A stretch of DNA of 64,000 nucleotides from an uncultured Methanosarcinales archaeon (GTDB lineage Archaea; Nanobdellota; Nanobdellia; Woesearchaeales; GW2011-AR4), in contig CAZYSP010000001.1 of assembly GCA_964650285.1 (NCBI GenBank), positions 13,169 through 77,168 of the forward strand, read 5' to 3'. Below, one piece after another: positions 55,617 through 64,000 of this stretch. Both the position numbers and the translations under genes were made by a program. A model generated the notes under the pieces. It was given only the letters and a program-made list of their open reading frames with translations. It had not been told where the DNA came from and made no database searches. Each line of letters begins with the position of its first letter. The stretch's first letter is position 1.

Positions 55617-57491
55617 ATGGCCAAAAAAACAAAGAAATATGAGAAGAAAAATTCTGTTGAGGGGGTAAAAGAAGGCTCTTCTGCTCTGCAGGAAAAGGCA
55701 CTTGACAAGCTGCCCAAGGATGCGCAGGAAAAACTAAAAGCGATAAAGACAAAACTGGATAAATTCCAGAAAAAGGTCCTGGATAAATTTGATAAATATA
55801 TTGTTGGAATAGCTTTATTGCCTCCCAAAAAGCCACAGGACCAAAAGCAGTTACCAGAACAAAAGCCAGTGGATAAGGACCAGATAAGTGTTCTTGTATT
55901 AGTAGATGATTCTGACAGCAAAAAGATGTCAAAGTACGAGTTAAAGGACAAATTAACTGCTATAATGGGTAATATTGCACAGGAAATTGACAAAAATCTA
56001 ACTCCGCAGGTTGTAGTTTTATCTGAGCTCTGGCAGAATTGTTATGACGGCAAATATGAGTTTTTGCAGTTAATTGCTTTATCTGCTCCAATTTTTGACA
56101 GGGGGATGCTGGCTGCAATTAAAATAGCTGAAGTCCATAAGACTATGGTTCTCAAGAAGTTTGAGAAATACATTGTAAGCTATGTTCTTGCCGGCAGTTT
56201 AGTTCAAGGCAGAGCAACACCTACTTCAGATATTGACGTCTGGATAGTTATTGATGATACAGATGTCAAAAAGATGACTAGGGCAGAATTAAAGGACAAG
56301 TTAAGGGCTATTATAATTGGGATGGGCATTGAGGCTGGTGAGCTGACTGGAATAAAAAATAAGTTAAATATTCAAGTTTACATTTTAACGGATTTCTGGG
56401 ACAGCTTAAGGGAAGCAAATCCGATAATCTTTACTTTGCTCAGGGATGGTGTGCCTTTCTATGACAGAGGTATTTTTATGGTGTGGAAGCAGCTGCTTAA
56501 GATGGGGAAGATAAAGCCAAGTGCGGAAGCTATTGACATGTTCATGGGCTCTGGGGAGCAAATGTTAAAGAGGGTTGAGCTAAAGCTCAAGGACATTGGG
56601 ATGGAAGATATTTATTATGCAATTTTAACACCTTCTCAAGCGGCATTGATGCTGCATGGTGTTCCACCGCCTGCTCCGAAAGAAACTGCTGCTTTGATGA
56701 GAGAAATTTTTGTGCAGAAAGAAAAATTGCTGGAAGATAAGTTTGTAAAGACCCTGGAGAAAGTAATAGATGTAAGAAAATCAATTGAGCACGGCGAAAA
56801 GAAAGAAATTACCGGAAAAGAGATTGATGAATTATTAAGTGAGAGCGATAAATACCTCAAAAGAATAAAAAGACTGTTTACGCAGATAGAAAAGATAAAG
56901 GAAGAAGAGGATATGGTAAAGGTTTATGAGACAATAGTTACTATAATCAGGGATGTGTTAATGACAGAAGGAATAGAGAAAGTTGAGGATAAAGAGGTTG
57001 TTAAGCTGTTTGAGGATGAGCTGATAAGCCAGGGAAAAATACCTGCAAAGTTTTTGAGGATTTTAAATGAGATAATAAAGGCAAAGAAAGATTATGATGA
57101 CAAAAAGCTGACAAAGGTTGAAGTTGAGAAAGTAAAAAAAGGCTCTAATGAGCTCATAAAATTCTTAGTCGAGTATCTGCAGAGGAAGAGGGGGAAGGAA
57201 CTGGAGAGGACAAAGATAAGGGTCAAGCATGGCAACAGGTACGGGGAAGTTATTTTGCTGGGAAAAGAGGCTTTTATAATACATGACATAGACCATGAGG
57301 AAAAGGAAATAAGCAAGGCAAAGATAAAAGAAGATGGAAGCTTGGGAACCACACAGAAAAGCTCTTTGCAGGAGCTTGAAAAGGCATTGTCAAAAGTGGA
57401 AATACCTTCAAAAGTTTTCATTAAGGAGCCTATATTTGAGAACCTGAAGGATTTTTTCGGAAAGGATGTTGAGATTCTGGTTAATTATTGA
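55617..57491 (+). CDS. Large tandem-nucleotidyltransferase-fold protein (degenerate + intact Pol-beta-type NTase domains, helical C-terminal region)
   Basis: Internal duplication: 'DKYIVGIALL...ISVLVLVDDSDSKKMSKYELKDKLTAI...PIFDRG' against 'EKYIVSYVLAGSLVQGRATPTSDIDVWIVIDDTDVKKMTRAELKDKLRAI...PFYDRG'. Only the second copy has the GS...DxD motif. The start is set at 55617 (MAKK), downstream of the ORF-track start inside the repeats. Confidence 0.6.
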   Translation: MAKKTKKYEKKNSVEGVKEGSSALQEKALDKLPKDAQEKLKAIKTKLDKFQKKVLDKFDKYIVGIALLPPKKPQDQKQLPEQKPVDKDQISVLVLVDDSDSKKMSKYELKDKLTAIMGNIAQEIDKNLTPQVVVLSELWQNCYDGKYEFLQLIALSAPIFDRGMLAAIKIAEVHKTMVLKKFEKYIVSYVLAGSLVQGRATPTSDIDVWIVIDDTDVKKMTRAELKDKLRAIIIGMGIEAGELTGIKNKLNIQVYILTDFWDSLREANPIIFTLLRDGVPFYDRGIFMVWKQLLKMGKIKPSAEAIDMFMGSGEQMLKRVELKLKDIGMEDIYYAILTPSQAALMLHGVPPPAPKETAALMREIFVQKEKLLEDKFVKTLEKVIDVRKSIEHGEKKEITGKEIDELLSESDKYLKRIKRLFTQIEKIKEEEDMVKVYETIVTIIRDVLMTEGIEKVEDKEVVKLFEDELISQGKIPAKFLRILNEIIKAKKDYDDKKLTKVEVEKVKKGSNELIKFLVEYLQRKRGKELERTKIRVKHGNRYGEVILLGKEAFIIHDIDHEEKEISKAKIKEDGSLGTTQKSSLQELEKALSKVEIPSKVFIKEPIFENLKDFFGKDVEILVNY

Positions 57492-57595
57492 TAGTAACAT
57501 TTATAAATAAAACTTAGTTTCTTATTCTTAGCCCGAGTTCAATAAGAGCGCTTCTAGGGTTATAGCGTGCTATATTCTCGGCTATTATTTGTAGA

Positions 57596-58105
57596 ATGGA
57601 AGAACAAAAACCTCAAGAGACTAAAGAGCAGAAAGATAATTTCAGGTATTTTGTAAGAATTGCAAATACCGACCTTGATGGAAACAAAGGTATAGGCAAT
57701 GCGCTGAAAAAAATCAAGGGAGTAAGTTTCATGTTCTCTAATATGATTTGCAATATTGCTGGCGTGGATAAAACGGCTAAAACCGGTTACTTGAATGATG
57801 AACAAGTCAAAAAGCTGGATGATATTTTGAATAATCCATTAAAGTATAATAGTCCTGGCTGGATGCTCAACAGGAGAAAGAATTATGAGGATGGGAAAGA
57901 TTACCACATTATTACAGGAAATTTATCGTTTGCAGAAGAGACTGACATTAAGAGGATGAAGAAAATCAGGTCTTATAGGGGAGTAAGGCATGGCCTGGGG
58001 TTGCCGGTTAGAGGCCAGAGAACAAAATCAAATTTCAGAAAAAACAAGGGAAAAGCTTCATTAGGAGTTGTGAAAAAAGAAGAAGCTAAAGCAGGAAGAG
58101 TTTGA
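57596..58105 (+). CDS. rps13: 30S ribosomal protein S13 (uS13)
   Basis: 'FRYFVRIANTDLDG', 'IRSYRGVRHGLGLPVRGQRTK'. Confidence 0.9.
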   Translation: MEEQKPQETKEQKDNFRYFVRIANTDLDGNKGIGNALKKIKGVSFMFSNMICNIAGVDKTAKTGYLNDEQVKKLDDILNNPLKYNSPGWMLNRRKNYEDGKDYHIITGNLSFAEETDIKRMKKIRSYRGVRHGLGLPVRGQRTKSNFRKNKGKASLGVVKKEEAKAGRV

Positions 58106-58175
58106 ACAATTTAAAAATTCCATTAATAATAACTCAATGAAAGTTAAGGAGAAATAATCAAAAAAATAAATCAAA

Positions 58176-58922
58176 ATGGGATCACCAAAAAGACAAAGAA
58201 AGAAATTTTCAACGCCATCACATCCATGGCAAAAGGAAAGGATTTTGGCAGAGCAGGAACTATTGAAAGAATATGGACTAAACAGGAAGTATGAAATATG
58301 GAAAATGAACACAATCCTGAAGAATTTTACCATGCAGGCAAAAAATCTGGTTACTGTTAAAAATCCACAGGTAGAGAAGGAAAGAAACCAGCTTTTGACA
58401 AAACTTTATTCTTTGGGTTTGCTGGGCAGGGATGCAAAGATAGATGATGTATTGTCTTTAACACTGAAAGATGTTATGGAAAGGAGATTGCAGACTTTGG
58501 TTTACAGGAAAAACATGGCAGGCAGCCTTAAACAAGCCCGTCAGTTTATTGTCCACGAGCATATTGCCCTAGGAGATAAGACGGTAACAGCTCCATCATA
58601 CATTGTTCCTTTGGAAGAGGAAAATAGCATAAGCTTTGCTAAAAATTCTGTTCTTTCCAATGCAGGCCATCCTGAAAGGGTTGCAACAAAGGTGAAAAAA
58701 ACAGATAAAAAACCAAAAGAAAAGAAAGCAAGTGATAAAAAAGAAGAAGATGTGAAAGAAACAGCAAAGGAAAAGGCAGAAAAGAAAAATCCAAAAAAAG
58801 AGGCAAAGGCAAAAGACAAAACAAAGGAAAAGCCCAAGGAAAAAATTCCAAGTACGCATGAGCTGAAAAAACAGAAAGAGGATAAGAAAAAACAAGAAAA
58901 GAAACTGGAGGAAGAGAAATAA
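58176..58922 (+). CDS. rps4: 30S ribosomal protein S4 (uS4) with a ~75-aa Lys/Glu-rich C-terminal extension
   Basis: '[23 protein letters not shown]' is the archaeal S4 N-terminus. The S4 domain ends near aa 170 and is followed by a [11 protein letters not shown]... tail. Confidence 0.85.
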   Translation: MGSPKRQRKKFSTPSHPWQKERILAEQELLKEYGLNRKYEIWKMNTILKNFTMQAKNLVTVKNPQVEKERNQLLTKLYSLGLLGRDAKIDDVLSLTLKDVMERRLQTLVYRKNMAGSLKQARQFIVHEHIALGDKTVTAPSYIVPLEEENSISFAKNSVLSNAGHPERVATKVKKTDKKPKEKKASDKKEEDVKETAKEKAEKKNPKKEAKAKDKTKEKPKEKIPSTHELKKQKEDKKKQEKKLEEEK

Positions 58923-58923
58923 A

Positions 58924-59313
58924 ATGGCAGAAAGATGGGGAATTGCACATATTTATGCATCGTATAACAACACCATAATCCATATAACAGATATTACCGG
59001 AACAGAGACGATAAGCAAGGCATCCGGAGGAATGGTTGTTAAGAGCGACAGGATGGAAAGCAGCCCAACAGCTGCAATGATGGCTGCCAAGAGGGCTGCG
59101 GAAGGGGCTATAGAAAAGGGGGTAAATGCAATTCATGTCAAAATAAGAGCACCTGGAGGTCATAATGACCCTGTAGGTCCTGGACCAGGAGCCCAGGCTG
59201 CTGTAAGAGCATTATCAAGAATGGGTTTAAGGATAGGTTTAATAGAGGATGTCACTCCTCTGCCACATGACGGTTGCAGAAAGAAGGGTGGTAGAAGGGG
59301 TAGACGAGTTTAA
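58924..59313 (+). CDS. rps11: 30S ribosomal protein S11 (uS11)
   Basis: '[18 protein letters not shown]','[19 protein letters not shown]'. Confidence 0.9.
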   Translation: MAERWGIAHIYASYNNTIIHITDITGTETISKASGGMVVKSDRMESSPTAAMMAAKRAAEGAIEKGVNAIHVKIRAPGGHNDPVGPGPGAQAAVRALSRMGLRIGLIEDVTPLPHDGCRKKGGRRGRRV

Positions 59314-59329
59314 ATGGGGTGTAAAAAAA

Positions 59330-60124
59330 ATGGAAATAAGAGTTTTATCAAATAACAAGGACGAGGGAAAGCTTTCATTTATTATTAAGGATGTAACACC
59401 TGCTTTTGCGAATGCGTTAAGGAGGATTATGACAGAAGAAGTTCCTACCATGGCTATTGAAGATTTAGAATTCAGAAAGAACAATTCAATTTTGTATGAC
59501 GAGATTATTGCGCATAGGCTTGGTTTGATTCCTTTAAAAACAGACTTAAAATCATACAATTTGCCTGAGAAATGCAAATGCAAAGGTGAGGGATGCGCAA
59601 GATGCCAGCTTAAACTTACGCTCAAAGCGTCAAAAGGATCAGGAATAATTCATGCTTCTGAACTTAAAAGCAAAGATCCTGCAGTAAAACCTGTTTATCC
59701 AAAAGTGCCCATTGTAAAATTGCTAAAAGGCCAGTCTTTAGAATTAGAAGCTACTGCTGTTTTAGGAAAAGGAAAAGTTCATTCAAAATGGAGTCCTTGT
59801 TTAGCGTATTACAAGCATAAGCCGATTATAGAAATAGGAAATGTAAAGAACCCAGAAGAGGTTGTGGAAAAAACTCATGGAAATATTTTTGAGATAAAAA
59901 ATGGAAAACTGGAAGTTATCAAAGATAATTTGTTTAAGTATGATATTGCAGGTGTAGTGGAAGATGTATCAAATGGAGAGGTCAGGGTTAAGTATGATAA
60001 TGACATTATTTTTTACATGGAATCATGGGGGCAACTGAGCTGCAAAGAGATTTTAAATCAGGCATTGAAAATTTTTGATGAAACTTTTGATGAATTTGAT
60101 GAAGAAGTAAAAAAGCTCAAATAA
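59330..60124 (+). CDS. rpoD: DNA-directed RNA polymerase subunit D (Rpo3)
   Basis: 'NALRRIMTEEVPTMAIE', 'HRLGLIPL'. A Cys cluster 'CKCKGEGCARC' like the Fe-S-domain forms of archaeal Rpo3. The ATG at 59330 (MEIRVLS) follows the S11 stop. Confidence 0.85.
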   Translation: MEIRVLSNNKDEGKLSFIIKDVTPAFANALRRIMTEEVPTMAIEDLEFRKNNSILYDEIIAHRLGLIPLKTDLKSYNLPEKCKCKGEGCARCQLKLTLKASKGSGIIHASELKSKDPAVKPVYPKVPIVKLLKGQSLELEATAVLGKGKVHSKWSPCLAYYKHKPIIEIGNVKNPEEVVEKTHGNIFEIKNGKLEVIKDNLFKYDIAGVVEDVSNGEVRVKYDNDIIFYMESWGQLSCKEILNQALKIFDETFDEFDEEVKKLK

Positions 60125-60155
60125 TCACCTCGCGCTATAAAATTATAAGTCGAGT

Positions 60156-60241
60156 GCGGGGGTGGCAGAGTCTGGTCAAATGTGCAAGGTTGAGGGCCTT
60201 GTCCTTTAGTGGGTGCGCGTGTTCAAATCACGTCCCCCGCA
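60156..60241 (+). tRNA. tRNA-Leu (anticodon GAG), long variable arm
   Basis: GCGGGGG-TG-GCAGAGTCTGGTCAAATGTGC-AAGG-TTGAGGG-CCTTG-[var arm TCCTTTAGTGGGTGCGC]-GTGTTCAAATCAC-GTCCCCCGC-A. The acceptor pairs perfectly and the anticodon loop reads TTGAGGG. Confidence 0.8.
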
Positions 60242-60293
60242 TTAAAAAAACAATCATAACGACGTAGGGCCTCGTAAAGCGACACACCCCAAG

Positions 60294-60420
60294 CAACGAC
60301 GCAAAACCATTGATTATTGATTAATAATAATTTTTTAATGAATAATGAAATTTAAGTGGAAAATAAAATAATGAATTAACAAATAATTGTGAATGTCAAA
60401 ATAAAAAATTTAATGGAAAA
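60294..60420 (+). repeat. Conserved intergenic element with GC cores (M-c/M-d copy 3)
   Basis: 'CAACGACGCAAAACCATTGATTATTGATTAATAATAATTTTTTAATG...AAAATAAAATAATGAATTAACAAATAATTGTGAATGTCAAAATAAAAAATTTAATGGAAAAATG', ending at the rpl18e ATG. Confidence 0.6.
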
Positions 60421-60783
60421 ATGAAACGAACAGGTCCGACAAATCCATTGCTTAAGGATTTAATTATGGAACTAAGAAAAAGAAGTAATGAGCAGTCTGT
60501 AAACTTATGGAAGAGAGTTGCTTTGGACCTGGAAAAGCCTACAAGGCAGAGAAGGGTTGTAAATTTATCAAAGATTAGCAGGTATACAAAGGAAAATGAA
60601 ACAATAATTGTTCCTGGCAAAGTTTTGGGTTCTGGAATGTTGAATCATAAATTGACAATAAGTGCTTACCAGGTTTCAGAGCAGGCAAAGGACAAGATAG
60701 AGAGGGCTGGTTCAGAAATAGTATCATTATTGGACATAAGTAAGGATAAACCTGATGGTAAAAAAATAAAGATAATTGGTTAA
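60421..60783 (+). CDS. rpl18e: 50S ribosomal protein L18e
   Basis: 'RTGPTNPLLKDLIMELRKRS','KISRYTKENETIIVPGKVLGSG'. Confidence 0.8.
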   Translation: MKRTGPTNPLLKDLIMELRKRSNEQSVNLWKRVALDLEKPTRQRRVVNLSKISRYTKENETIIVPGKVLGSGMLNHKLTISAYQVSEQAKDKIERAGSEIVSLLDISKDKPDGKKIKIIG

Positions 60784-60908
60784 TCAATTAAGATAGTACA
60801 ATAATAAAAATTCAATAACGACAAACAATAAAAGAACCAAACATTAAAAAGTAAACAATAATTAAAATTAATAAATTTAAAAAAATAATAAAAATTGAAA
60901 AAATTAAA
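60784..60908 (+). repeat. AT-rich modular intergenic repeat (family M-a copy)
   Basis: 'AGTACAATAATAAAAATTCAATAACG...' is identical over 22 nt to the block at 18528. Confidence 0.45.
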
Positions 60909-61328
60909 ATGATAATTGATGCAAACAATCTTGTATTGGGAAGATTAGGGGCTTATGCAGCAAAGAAAGCATTGCTAGGGGAAAAAATAGATATTGTTAA
61001 TTGTGAAAGCTGCGTGGTTACAGGCAGGAGAGATAGAATTTTTGAGGATTATGATAAATTTTTGAAGAAAGGAATACCAGCTAAAGGACCTTTTACTTAC
61101 AGGATGCCTGACAGGTTTGTTAAAAGATCAATAAGGGGGATGTTGCCATACAAAAAAGAGAGAGGAAGAAAGGCTTTTAAAAGTATAATGTGTTACATTG
61201 GTATTCCTGAAAATTTGAAAAATCAGAAGTTTGATACCATAAAAAGTGCTAATATTGAGAAAGTACCAAATCTTAAATTTATAAGAGTTAAGGAGATATG
61301 TAAACATATTGGTGGTAAAGTAGAATGA
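60909..61328 (+). CDS. rpl13: 50S ribosomal protein L13 (uL13)
   Basis: 'IIDANNLVLGRLGAYAAKKALLGEKIDIVNCE'. Confidence 0.9.
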   Translation: MIIDANNLVLGRLGAYAAKKALLGEKIDIVNCESCVVTGRRDRIFEDYDKFLKKGIPAKGPFTYRMPDRFVKRSIRGMLPYKKERGRKAFKSIMCYIGIPENLKNQKFDTIKSANIEKVPNLKFIRVKEICKHIGGKVE

Positions 61329-61726
61329 AAATTGTAACAGCTTCAGGAAAAAGAAAAAGGGCTATAGCAAGAGCCACGATAAAAGCTGGAAAAGGTATTG
61401 TTAAGATAAATAACCTGATTCTGGATTCTTATGAGCCTAAGCTTTCGAGGTTGAGGTTAAGAGAGCCATTAATCATTGCTGGAGACCTTATAAATAAGAT
61501 AGATGTAAGTGTAAATGTTGTTGGCGGAGGAATTTCAAGCCAGGCAGATGCTTCAAGGTTAGCTATTGCAAAAGGTTTGGTAGAGTTTTCAAAAAGCGAC
61601 AAGTTAAAGGAGCAATTTTTGAATTATGACAGAAATCTGCTTGTAGCGGATGTCAGGAGGAAAGAACCTGCAAAACCAAACAGGCATGGACAAGCTAGAG
61701 CTAAGAGGCAGAAGTCATATAGATAA
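61325..61726 (+). CDS. rps9: 30S ribosomal protein S9 (uS9)
   Basis: 'ASGKRKRAIARATIKAGKG', C-terminal '...ARAKRQKSYR'. Confidence 0.9.
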   Translation: MKIVTASGKRKRAIARATIKAGKGIVKINNLILDSYEPKLSRLRLREPLIIAGDLINKIDVSVNVVGGGISSQADASRLAIAKGLVEFSKSDKLKEQFLNYDRNLLVADVRRKEPAKPNRHGQARAKRQKSYR

Positions 61727-61814
61727 AACTTATAAAATAAATATGAAGAAAGGTGCTGAGAAATTTACAAGTAAGTTTCTGGCACCTCTTCGTAAACTCA
61801 GAGGTGAAACAAAA

Positions 61815-62012
61815 ATGATTATACCAATAAGATGCTGGTCGTGCGGAAAGCCAATAGGGCATTTATGGGAGAGTTACTTAGAGAAACTTGAGAAAGGAGA
61901 CGATAAGAAAAAGACTTTGGATGAATTAGGTCTGGAAAGATACTGCTGCAGGGCTATATTTATGGGGCATGTGGACTTGGTGGATACAGTAGCCCAGTTC
62001 AAGAAGTTCTAA
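61815..62012 (+). CDS. rpoN: DNA-directed RNA polymerase subunit N (Rpo10)
   Basis: 'MIIPIRCWSCGKPIGHLWESY...RYCCRAIF'. The ATG at 61815 follows SD-like GAGGTGA. The ORF track starts upstream at 61650, inside S9. Confidence 0.85.
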   Translation: MIIPIRCWSCGKPIGHLWESYLEKLEKGDDKKKTLDELGLERYCCRAIFMGHVDLVDTVAQFKKF

Positions 62013-62055
62013 ATAAACCATAAACAATTTAAATTAAGCCATATCTTTTTGTTCT

Positions 62056-64000
62056 ATGGTAGACCTGAATAAGATATCCAGGAAATGGCAGAAGAAGTGG
62101 CAAGAAAAGAAAATATTCGAAGTAAAGGAAGATCCTAAAAAGAAAAAATACTATGTTCTTGAGATGTATCCTTACCCTTCTGGCTCAGGATTGCATATGG
62201 GTCACGCAAGAAATTACTGCATTGGAGATTGTTATGCACGTTATAAGAGGATGCAGGGCTTTAATGTCCTTTACCCAATGGGCTATGACAGTTTTGGGTT
62301 ACCAGCAGAGAATGCAGCAATAAAAGCAAAGTCGCATCCCAAGATTTTTACTGAAGATTCTATTAAGAATTTTATAAAGCAGCAGAAAGAATTGGGATTG
62401 AGTTATGACTGGTCCAGGATGATTGCTTCTCATACTCTAGAATATTATAAATGGGATCAGTGGATTTTCTTAAAGATATATGAAAAAGGGCTTGCTTATA
62501 AGAAAAAGGCAGCTGTCAATTGGTGCCCTAAGTGCAATACAGTTCTTGCTAATGAGCAGGTTCATGATGGAAAGTGCTGGAGGCATACAGAGCAGAATGT
62601 GACTGTAAAAGAACTTTCGCAATGGTTCTTTAAAATTACAAAGTATGGTGATGAGCTCTTGGAAGATATTGACAAGCTAAAAGGCTGGGCAGAAGATGTC
62701 AAAATAATGCAGAAGAACTGGATTGGCAAGAGCCATGGAACTAAAATCCATTTTAAGATAGATGGAACTAATGATATAATTCCGATATTTACAACAAGAA
62801 CAGACACTTTATTTGGAGTCACGTTTATGGTTTATGCTCCTGAGCATCCAAAAGTGATGGAACTTGTAAAAGGGACAAAATATGAAAATAATGTAAAGAA
62901 ATTTGTCAGAAAGGTTGTCTTAGAAGATAAATTCACAAGAACAGCTGAAGACAGGGAAAAGGAAGGGATGTTCATTGGTAAATATGCGATTAATCCTGTA
63001 AATAATAAAAAGGTGCCTATATACATTGGAAATTTTGTTTTGTTGGAGTATGGCGCTGGCTGCGTTATGGCTGTTCCTGCCCATGACCAAAGGGATTTTG
63101 AATTTGCAAAAAAATACAACATTCCAATAAAGGTTGTTATAACTCCTCAAGACCATGAATTAAAGCCTGAGAAGATGACAAGGGCTTACTTAGATAATGG
63201 TGTTATGGTGAATTCAGGAGAGTTTAATGGTATTGGCAACAGGGATGCTGTTGGTGAGATTACCAATTTTTTGAGGAAAAATAGACTTGGCAAAAAAACC
63301 ATACAATACAAGCTTAGAGACTGGCTTATTTCAAGGCAACGCTTTTGGGGCTGTCCAATACCAATAATCTATTGTGATAAATGTGGTGTTGTTCCTGTTT
63401 CTGAAAAAGATTTACCAGTAAAACTTCCAGAAAACTATAAATTCGCAATTGGAAAAGGAAATCCTTTAGAACATTGCAAGGAATTTGTAAATACTAAATG
63501 TCCAAAGTGTAACGGAAAGGCTAAGCGTGAGACAGATACCATGGATACTTTTGTTGACAGTTCATGGTATTTTTTAAGGTATTGTGATGCTAAAAACAAC
63601 AAAGAAATTTTTGATAAAAAGAAGGCTGCTTACTGGATGCCAATTGACATGTACATTGGGGGGAAAGAGCATGCAACAATGCATTTGATTTATTTTAGAT
63701 TCTTTACAAAATTTTTGAGAGATATTGGCTTATTGAAAATTGATGAACCAACCTTAAATCTTTTCAACCAGGGAATGCTGCACAAAAATGGCGTAGTAAT
63801 GAGCAAGAGCAAGGGAAATGTTGTTACACAGAATGAGATTGCTGAAAAATATGGCATAGATACTGCAAGATTCTTTTTGCTGTTTGTGTCAGGGCCTGAC
63901 AAGGATATGGAATGGGATGATAAAGCAATACTTGGGAGCTGCAGGTTCCTGGATAAGGTTTATGCTTTGGCTGAAAAAAAGGTTACAAGCGGTAAGGATG
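62056..64000 (+). CDS. leuS: Leucyl-tRNA synthetase (5' partial, runs off the window end)
   Basis: Translation from the ATG at 62056: 'MVDLNKISRKWQKKWQEKKIFEV...YVLEMYPYPSGSGLHMGHARNY' (HMGH). An editing domain, then 'VMSKSKGNV' (KMSKS) near 63800. No stop before nt 64000. Confidence 0.9.
   Translation, partial: MVDLNKISRKWQKKWQEKKIFEVKEDPKKKKYYVLEMYPYPSGSGLHMGHARNYCIGDCYARYKRMQGFNVLYPMGYDSFGLPAENAAIKAKSHPKIFTEDSIKNFIKQQKELGLSYDWSRMIASHTLEYYKWDQWIFLKIYEKGLAYKKKAAVNWCPKCNTVLANEQVHDGKCWRHTEQNVTVKELSQWFFKITKYGDELLEDIDKLKGWAEDVKIMQKNWIGKSHGTKIHFKIDGTNDIIPIFTTRTDTLFGVTFMVYAPEHPKVMELVKGTKYENNVKKFVRKVVLEDKFTRTAEDREKEGMFIGKYAINPVNNKKVPIYIGNFVLLEYGAGCVMAVPAHDQRDFEFAKKYNIPIKVVITPQDHELKPEKMTRAYLDNGVMVNSGEFNGIGNRDAVGEITNFLRKNRLGKKTIQYKLRDWLISRQRFWGCPIPIIYCDKCGVVPVSEKDLPVKLPENYKFAIGKGNPLEHCKEFVNTKCPKCNGKAKRETDTMDTFVDSSWYFLRYCDAKNNKEIFDKKKAAYWMPIDMYIGGKEHATMHLIYFRFFTKFLRDIGLLKIDEPTLNLFNQGMLHKNGVVMSKSKGNVVTQNEIAEKYGIDTARFFLLFVSGPDKDMEWDDKAILGSCRFLDKVYALAEKKVTSGKD

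Noticed and set aside
55444-55993. Minus-strand ORFs of 162 and 130 aa
   Set aside because: They overlap the tandem repeat array and the 5' end of the NTase gene in antisense. No motifs. The repeat DNA explains the open frame.
58541-59163. Three overlapping minus-strand ORFs (139, 99 and 174 aa) rich in Phe/Leu/Cys/Ser
   Set aside because: They are antisense to the ribosomal S4 and S11 genes. The low-complexity F/L/S runs are the reverse complement of the Lys/Glu-rich S4 tail.
61650-61814. Long N-terminal extension of the rpoN ORF overlapping S9
   Set aside because: RpoN is a ~65-aa protein starting MIIP.RC. The ATG at 61815 is preceded by GAGGTGA. The upstream in-frame stretch is the S9 3' end plus a spacer.
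1-64000. CRISPR arrays, rRNA genes, transposases/integrases, prophage or toxin-antitoxin pairs
   Set aside because: None were seen: no spacer-repeat arrays of 3 or more units, no rRNA-like conserved stretches, and no ORF with DDE/tyrosine-recombinase motifs. The only candidate mobile DNA is the non-autonomous A/B element.

Overview
This 64-kb window is AT-rich and almost entirely coding. It reads as an archaeal chromosome segment, probably from a DPANN-like lineage that has acquired bacterial-type genes; this organismal call is an inference from gene content.

Archaeal markers seen: the Nop5-fibrillarin pair, RNA polymerase subunits D and N, the r-protein cluster S13-S4-S11-RpoD-L18e-L13-S9-RpoN, archaeal S15, archaeal-type GAPDH, diphthine synthase, an ATP-dependent DNA ligase and two PurP paralogs. 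Bacterial-type enzymes sit among them: GlpX, a class II FBA, a fused GuaA, PurH and IspH.

The window is mostly housekeeping:
- pyrG, secF and secD, pyrH, an ABC1 kinase, rpe, trpS
- a gap-fba-glpX block
- a 15-kb C1 supercluster: gcvT/H/PA/PB, purF, purD, MTHFS, lipA, lplA, glyA, folD, purN, purH, guaA and two purP paralogs
- a ferredoxin-Zn-ribbon-ispH operon
- serA, dph5, ftsZ, a nitroreductase, the DNA ligase, and a 5' partial leuS

Two tRNAs were found by eye: tRNA-Leu(GAG), and a minus-strand tRNA-Gln(UUG) that appears to carry a roughly 31-nt intron in the T-loop.

Most worth a second look:
1. A 624-aa protein with an internally duplicated Pol-beta-type nucleotidyltransferase fold. One copy is degenerate, one is intact, and a helical C-terminal region carries R-x4-6-H motifs. 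It is preceded by 2.5 tandem 65-nt direct repeats.
2. Two copies of a 132-141-nt element bounded by a 10-nt terminal inverted complement (GGGCTGTGCC...GGCRYAGCCC). One copy is flanked by a 7-bp direct repeat (TAGATAA) and its last base supplies the stop codon of the adjacent gene. This is MITE-like or a structured RNA.
3. A modular family of intergenic repeats with conserved GC-containing cores (CGACGCAAAACC and TTGTGAATCATAAG) that run right up to the start codons of purP2, lplA and rpl18e.
4. Hairpins that share an AAAACCACCCCAACG loop motif, and palindromic T7GGCGA5 sites upstream of ftsZ.
5. An RHH-sugar-nucleotidyltransferase fusion.

No CRISPR array, rRNA gene or recognisable transposase was seen.
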